From NCBI GenBank assembly GCA_963422395.1, contig OY729431.1:1248001-1312000 (forward strand): a stretch of DNA of 64,000 bases, given 5' to 3'. A model generated the notes under the pieces. The model searched no databases, was not told the origin of the DNA, and saw only the letters and a program-made list of their open reading frames with translations. Position numbers and translations under genes: made by a program. Source of the DNA: Vicinamibacteria bacterium. Lineage in GTDB: Bacteria; Acidobacteriota; Vicinamibacteria; Marinacidobacterales; Marinacidobacteraceae. Within the stretch, counting starts at the first letter, position 1, and each line of letters begins with the position of its first letter. Shown here piece by piece: positions 59,557 to 64,000 of the stretch.

Positions 59557-61887
59557 CTAAGGATGGTAGGTGTTCGTCGGTTCGGTGCCGTGCAGGAAAG
59601 CCTCGAGAATCGTGTTCGGTCCCCGGTCCGCCGGCTGGCCGCTTTCGAGATCCACCGGAATCAGGGTGACATTGGGAGGCGCCCGGAAACCGGACCGCGG
59701 GGCGTCACCCCGCGTGGCCTCCATGAATCGGATCCACGCCGGCAGCGCCGCTCTGGCCCCGCTCTCCCGCTCTCCCAGCGATTGGTTCTCGTCCTGCCCG
59801 ATCCAGACGCCGGCGGCGATCTCCGGATCGAAACCGATGAACCAGGCGTCGGTGAAATCGTTCGTGGTCCCGGTCTTGCCCGCGATCGGCCGGTCGAGCC
59901 GCCTCGCGGCGACCGCGGTTCCCCGCGCCACCACCCCTTCGAGCAGGTGGGTGATCACATAGGCGAGGTCCGCGGGAATCACCGATGCCGTCTTCGGGTG
60001 GAAACGCTCCAGCTCGCGGCCGCCGGAATCGGTTACCCGGGTGATGAAGTGCGGCTCCATCCGGACCCCCTGGTTCGGAAAGGCACTGTAGGCGGAGACC
60101 ATTTCGAGCAGGGTCACATCACTCGCGCCCAGCGTGATCGAGAGGACCGGTAACAGCTCTCCGCCGATCCCCAGACGCCGCGCCAGGGCGGCGACCTGTT
60201 CGGGCCCGACATCGTGGACCATGCGCACCGCCGGTACATTGCGGGAGCCCTCGAACGCCTGCCGCAGGGTGATCCAGCCGCGGTGCTCCTCGTCGTAGTT
60301 TCGGGGCTGGTAGCGCTGCCCGTTCACCGGATCGATCCAGGTGAACGGCGCATCGAGAAGCAGTGAGGTAGGGGAGAAGCGGCCGGTGGCCAGTGCGGCG
60401 CCGTAGGCGAAGGGCTTGAAGGAGGAACCTGCCTGCCGCCGAGCCTGCGTTGCCCGGTTGAACTCGCTGCGCTCGAAGTCGAAACCGCCGACCACCGCCC
60501 GGAGGGCGCCGCTCCCGATATCGAGTGCCAGAAAAGACCCCTCGGCCTGCGGCTCCTGTTCGAGAGTCACGAGCAGCGGCCCCGCGAGGGAGAGGTTGGC
60601 TGGGCGGCCGGCAGCGCCGCTCTCCGGGTTCCCCTCCCGAGCGCCGGCTCCGTCTTCCACGATCCGGAACTGCCCCAGATCGCCGACCCGGAACAGCCGT
60701 TCCGCCGGTCGGAAGGTCCAGTGCAGCGACTCCGGATCCACCCGGGCGCGAAAGCTCCCGATCCGGATTTCGGGCTCCGGGCCCGCCGCCGTCACCACTC
60801 CGCCCACCACCGCTCCGACCGTCAGGCCGTGGTTCCAGGAGGGGTCTCGGTACTCCGCCGGTTCGATGTTCTCGTCGAGCAGATTCCTCTCGAATCCGCG
60901 AAATCCGCTGCGTTTGTCGTGGGCGCGGAGCGTGCGGTCCACCGAGCGGCTCGCTGTCTGCTGCATGCCGGCGTCGAGCGTGGTGTGCACTCTGAGCCCG
61001 CCGCGGTAGGTGCGGAAATCGCCATATCGGTCGCGCAGGTGCTGGCGGACCATTTCGAGGAAGTGGGGGGCGAAACGGTGACGGCGGCGCGGGCGCAGGC
61101 GAAGCGGTTCTTCATGGGCTGCCTGGGCCTCTTCCGGCACCAGGAATCCCTCGTCCACCATTCGATCCAGCACGATCCGCCGCCGGCGTTTTGCCGCCTC
61201 GGGGTTGCGGAACGGATTGAAACGGCTCGGATTGGGAGCGACCCCGACGAGCATGGCCGCTTCCGCAACGGTGAGTTCGGGAGTGCTCTTGCCCAAGTAA
61301 TGTTGCGCTGCGGCTTCGATTCCGTGGGTTCCCTCCCCGAGGTGCACCTGGTTGGCGTAGAAGGTGAGGATTTCTTCTTTTCGGTAGGCGCGCTCGATGC
61401 GGAAAGCGGTGATGGCCTCCTTGATCTTGCGCTCCATCGTTTCGGCACGGTCGAGAAACAGCTCGCGGGCCACCTGCTGGGTGATGGTGCTGGCCCCGGA
61501 GACGATCCGGCCGGTGCGGTAGTTGTCCCAAAGCGCCCGGGCGATGCCGATCGGATCGAATCCGTGGTGCTGCCAGAAGCGCTGGTCTTCGGAAGCTACG
61601 AAGGCGTCGCGAAGGTGCTGCGGCAGCTGCCCGTACTCCATCTCGATCCGGCGCTCGATGGCGAACTGACCGATTTCCACCCCGTTGCGGTCGTACACGA
61701 TGCTGGTGGCGCTCGGCACATGGTTTTCGAGCTCCTCGATCAGCGGGATGTCGCTCTGATAGGCGGCGATGAGCCCGAGCATGGAGCCGGCGACCGCAGC
61801 GGCCGCGAACAGGAACCCGATGACGATCCGCCGGGCGAGCCGCTTGCCTGCCCGCGGGCGGTTCGGGTGACGCCGGCGGTGGGGCAT
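59557..61887 (-). CDS. mrcA: Penicillin-binding protein 1A
   Basis: Transglycosylase motifs EDQRF, GASTITQQ, RKIKE. Transpeptidase motifs SSFK, SRN, KTG. Confidence 0.93.
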   Translation of the reverse strand: MPHRRRHPNRPRAGKRLARRIVIGFLFAAAAVAGSMLGLIAAYQSDIPLIEELENHVPSATSIVYDRNGVEIGQFAIERRIEMEYGQLPQHLRDAFVASEDQRFWQHHGFDPIGIARALWDNYRTGRIVSGASTITQQVARELFLDRAETMERKIKEAITAFRIERAYRKEEILTFYANQVHLGEGTHGIEAAAQHYLGKSTPELTVAEAAMLVGVAPNPSRFNPFRNPEAAKRRRRIVLDRMVDEGFLVPEEAQAAHEEPLRLRPRRRHRFAPHFLEMVRQHLRDRYGDFRTYRGGLRVHTTLDAGMQQTASRSVDRTLRAHDKRSGFRGFERNLLDENIEPAEYRDPSWNHGLTVGAVVGGVVTAAGPEPEIRIGSFRARVDPESLHWTFRPAERLFRVGDLGQFRIVEDGAGAREGNPESGAAGRPANLSLAGPLLVTLEQEPQAEGSFLALDIGSGALRAVVGGFDFERSEFNRATQARRQAGSSFKPFAYGAALATGRFSPTSLLLDAPFTWIDPVNGQRYQPRNYDEEHRGWITLRQAFEGSRNVPAVRMVHDVGPEQVAALARRLGIGGELLPVLSITLGASDVTLLEMVSAYSAFPNQGVRMEPHFITRVTDSGGRELERFHPKTASVIPADLAYVITHLLEGVVARGTAVAARRLDRPIAGKTGTTNDFTDAWFIGFDPEIAAGVWIGQDENQSLGERESGARAALPAWIRFMEATRGDAPRSGFRAPPNVTLIPVDLESGQPADRGPNTILEAFLHGTEPTNTYHP

Positions 61888-61901
61888 TTCAGCAGGTCAT
61901 C

Positions 61902-62852
61902 TCAGCGGGGGGTGAGGAGGTCGGTGAGCGCCGGCTCGAGCTTGGGGAAGCGGAAGCCGAATCCGGCGGCGAGGAGCCGCCGGGGGATCACCCGCTGACC
62001 GGACAGCAGGAGGGAGTCCGCCATCTCCCCGAGTGCGAGCCGCATGGCGAAGGCGGGCGCCGGAAACACGGTGGGCCGGCGCAGCACCCGCCCCAGGGTC
62101 TTCGTGAAGTCGGCGTTTCGCGCCGGCTCGGGCGCGGTCAGGTTGTACGCCTGAGCGAGGGACCCTGCCGGCGCTTCCAATAGTTGGACGATGGCCGCCG
62201 CCGCATCGGCGATGTGGATCCACGCCATCCACTGCCGCCCGGTCCCGAGCCGGCCCCCGGCACCCAGCCGGAACGGAGGCAGCATGGCGGCGAGGGCTCC
62301 CCCCTCGCGGGAAAGAACCACTCCGATGCGGAGAGAGGCGGTCTCGATTCCGGAGTCGCGCGCTCGACCACGCGCGCTACTGGCCGCCGCTTCCCACTCC
62401 TGGCAGACCTCGGCGAGGAAGTCGCTGCCCGACGAGGCTTCTTCGTCGAGCACTTCGTCGCCCCGCGGTCCGTAGTAGCCGATCGCCGAAGCCGCGAGGA
62501 AGCGGTCCGGCGGGTTCTTCGAGCGGGCGAGCGCAGCCACCAGGATCCTGGTCCCTTCGACGCGGCTTTCGCGAATTCGCCGCTTGCGCACGGCGCTCCA
62601 GCGCTTTCCAACGGGCTCTCCGGCGAGGTGGACCAGCGCATCCAGGCCGGCGATCCCTTCGTCGAGCGCTGCGCCGCCGCCTTCCGGCGTCTCGGGATTC
62701 CACCGCACCACCTCCGCGCCGCGGGGCAGTCCGGAAGGAAGGCCGTCCCGCCGGGTGATCGCCACCACCTCATGCCCGCGGGTGATGAGCTCTCTCGAAA
62801 GCGTCCGCCCGATGAGCCCGGTCGCACCGGTGATTCCTGTTCGCATGCGCAA
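61902..62852 (-). CDS. TIGR01777 family NAD-dependent epimerase-like oxidoreductase
   Basis: ITGATGLIG, HLAGE, SAIGYYG, GRQWMAWIH, LLSGQRVIP. Confidence 0.92.
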   Translation of the reverse strand: MRMRTGITGATGLIGRTLSRELITRGHEVVAITRRDGLPSGLPRGAEVVRWNPETPEGGGAALDEGIAGLDALVHLAGEPVGKRWSAVRKRRIRESRVEGTRILVAALARSKNPPDRFLAASAIGYYGPRGDEVLDEEASSGSDFLAEVCQEWEAAASSARGRARDSGIETASLRIGVVLSREGGALAAMLPPFRLGAGGRLGTGRQWMAWIHIADAAAAIVQLLEAPAGSLAQAYNLTAPEPARNADFTKTLGRVLRRPTVFPAPAFAMRLALGEMADSLLLSGQRVIPRRLLAAGFGFRFPKLEPALTDLLTPR

Positions 62853-62929
62853 GGACCGGTCCGATTCTAGCCCTCGGGTTGAAGCGGTACCCGCCGCCGG
62901 TGGACAATCCGCGCTACCGGAGGCGTTCC

Positions 62930-64000
62930 ATGTTCCCTAACCGTTCCCTTTCCCTCGCATCCGCGATCGTTCTCGCCGGGCTCGCTTCGGCCCCGGCGAG
63001 CTCCTCCCAGGAGAAGCGGCCGATCACGATCGTCGAACTGATCGATGTTCCGGTGGTCGGCAGTCCCAGGCTGTCCCCCGACGGCAGCCAGCTGCTCTAC
63101 ACCAGGAGCGACACCGACTGGAAGAAGAACGGCCGGACCACCCACATCTACCGGGTCCGGACCGACGGGAGCGGCCAAGTCCGGCTGACGAACGGCGAGC
63201 ACGGCGAATCGAGCCCGCGCTGGTCCCCCGATGGCTCCCGGATCGCTTTCCTCGCCCGCCGCGGGGAGGGGCCGTTTTCGCAGATCCACTGGATGCGGAA
63301 CCGCGGCGGGGAAGCCTCTCCTCTGACCGAACACGAAAGCTCGGTGCAGACATTCGCATTTTCACCCGACGGAAAGCACATCTACTTCATCGCCCCCGAG
63401 CCGAAGACCGAAGAAGAGAAGAAGAAGGACGAACTCCAAGACGATGTGTTCGCTTTCGACGAGGACTACCGGCAGCGGCACCTCTTCCGGGTTGCGGCGG
63501 ACGGCGAGGCGCCGGCGAAGGCCGAGCGGATCACCGAGGGGGAATACTCGATACTCGAGTTCCGCCTTTCCGGCGACGGGACCCGGATCGCGCACTCGCG
63601 CGCTCCGACGCCGCTCTTCGACAACCGCGACGAGGGCGAGGTATGGATCATGGACGCCGACGGGGGGAACGCACTCCAGTTGACGAACAACACGGTGAGC
63701 GAGTTCGGCGCCGAGCTTTCACCCGACGGGGCCCGCGTTCTCTTCCGCTCGGATTCGAGCGCCGACTTCGAGACCTATTTCAACGACAACATCTTCATGG
63801 TTCCTGCCGCCGGCGGCCCGCATCGGCTCCTCTACGAGGACATGCCCCACGAAGTGAACGGAGCCAGCTGGGCGCCCGACGGCTCGATCTACTTCACCGC
63901 GAACACCGGCGTCCGCACCCAGATCTTCCACGCGGGAGTGGATGACGACGCTCCGACCGTCATCACCAGCGGAGATCACAGCCTCTCGGGCTGGAACTAC
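62930..64000 (+). CDS. Exported PD40/TolB-like propeller protein, probable S9 peptidase N-terminus (3' end beyond window)
   Basis: GGAGG RBS, MFPNRSLSLASAIVLAGLA..EKRPITIVELIDVPVVGSPRLSPDG and repeated WSPDG/FSPDG. The catalytic domain is not in the window. Confidence 0.75.
   Translation, partial: MFPNRSLSLASAIVLAGLASAPASSSQEKRPITIVELIDVPVVGSPRLSPDGSQLLYTRSDTDWKKNGRTTHIYRVRTDGSGQVRLTNGEHGESSPRWSPDGSRIAFLARRGEGPFSQIHWMRNRGGEASPLTEHESSVQTFAFSPDGKHIYFIAPEPKTEEEKKKDELQDDVFAFDEDYRQRHLFRVAADGEAPAKAERITEGEYSILEFRLSGDGTRIAHSRAPTPLFDNRDEGEVWIMDADGGNALQLTNNTVSEFGAELSPDGARVLFRSDSSADFETYFNDNIFMVPAAGGPHRLLYEDMPHEVNGASWAPDGSIYFTANTGVRTQIFHAGVDDDAPTVITSGDHSLSGWNY

Overview
High-GC bacterial chromosomal window. 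The gene content (DUF507 pair, PQQ-repeat and PD40 proteins, DUF4097) suggests Acidobacteriota, which is an inference. Most of it is housekeeping: secG-tpiA-pgk, gap, hsp20, tRNA-Asp, mmsA, groES/EL, copAB, ilvD, mutY, leuS-lptE-holA, rpsT, a 10-gene Mrp-type antiporter operon, murJ-xerD-tsaC, lon, lemA-TPM, PBP1A. The notable material is mostly non-coding or missed by the ORF track. (1) A ~4.6-kb insert between holA and rpsT has co-oriented cargo genes (a hendecad-repeat coiled-coil membrane protein and a decayed DUF1156 methyltransferase) alternating with copies of a structured repeat of up to ~290 bp, like a cassette array with no adjacent integrase; a further repeat copy lies between tsaC and lon. 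(2) A MITE family (5 near-complete copies plus 1 half copy) has TAGCAGC(C/T)(C/T)GTGGA termini. These match the end of a transposase remnant, contain DnaA-box-like 9-mers, supply the lptE stop codon and appear to interrupt the mrpE N-terminus. (3) An unannotated SelW/Rdx-type selenoprotein has CxxU (in-frame TGA) plus a SECIS-like hairpin. (4) A non-CIRCE palindromic operator (ATCTTAGTG-N5-CACTAAGAT) is shared by hsp20 and groES. No CRISPR array or rRNA was seen. Family assignments are by motif recognition only; no database searches were run.
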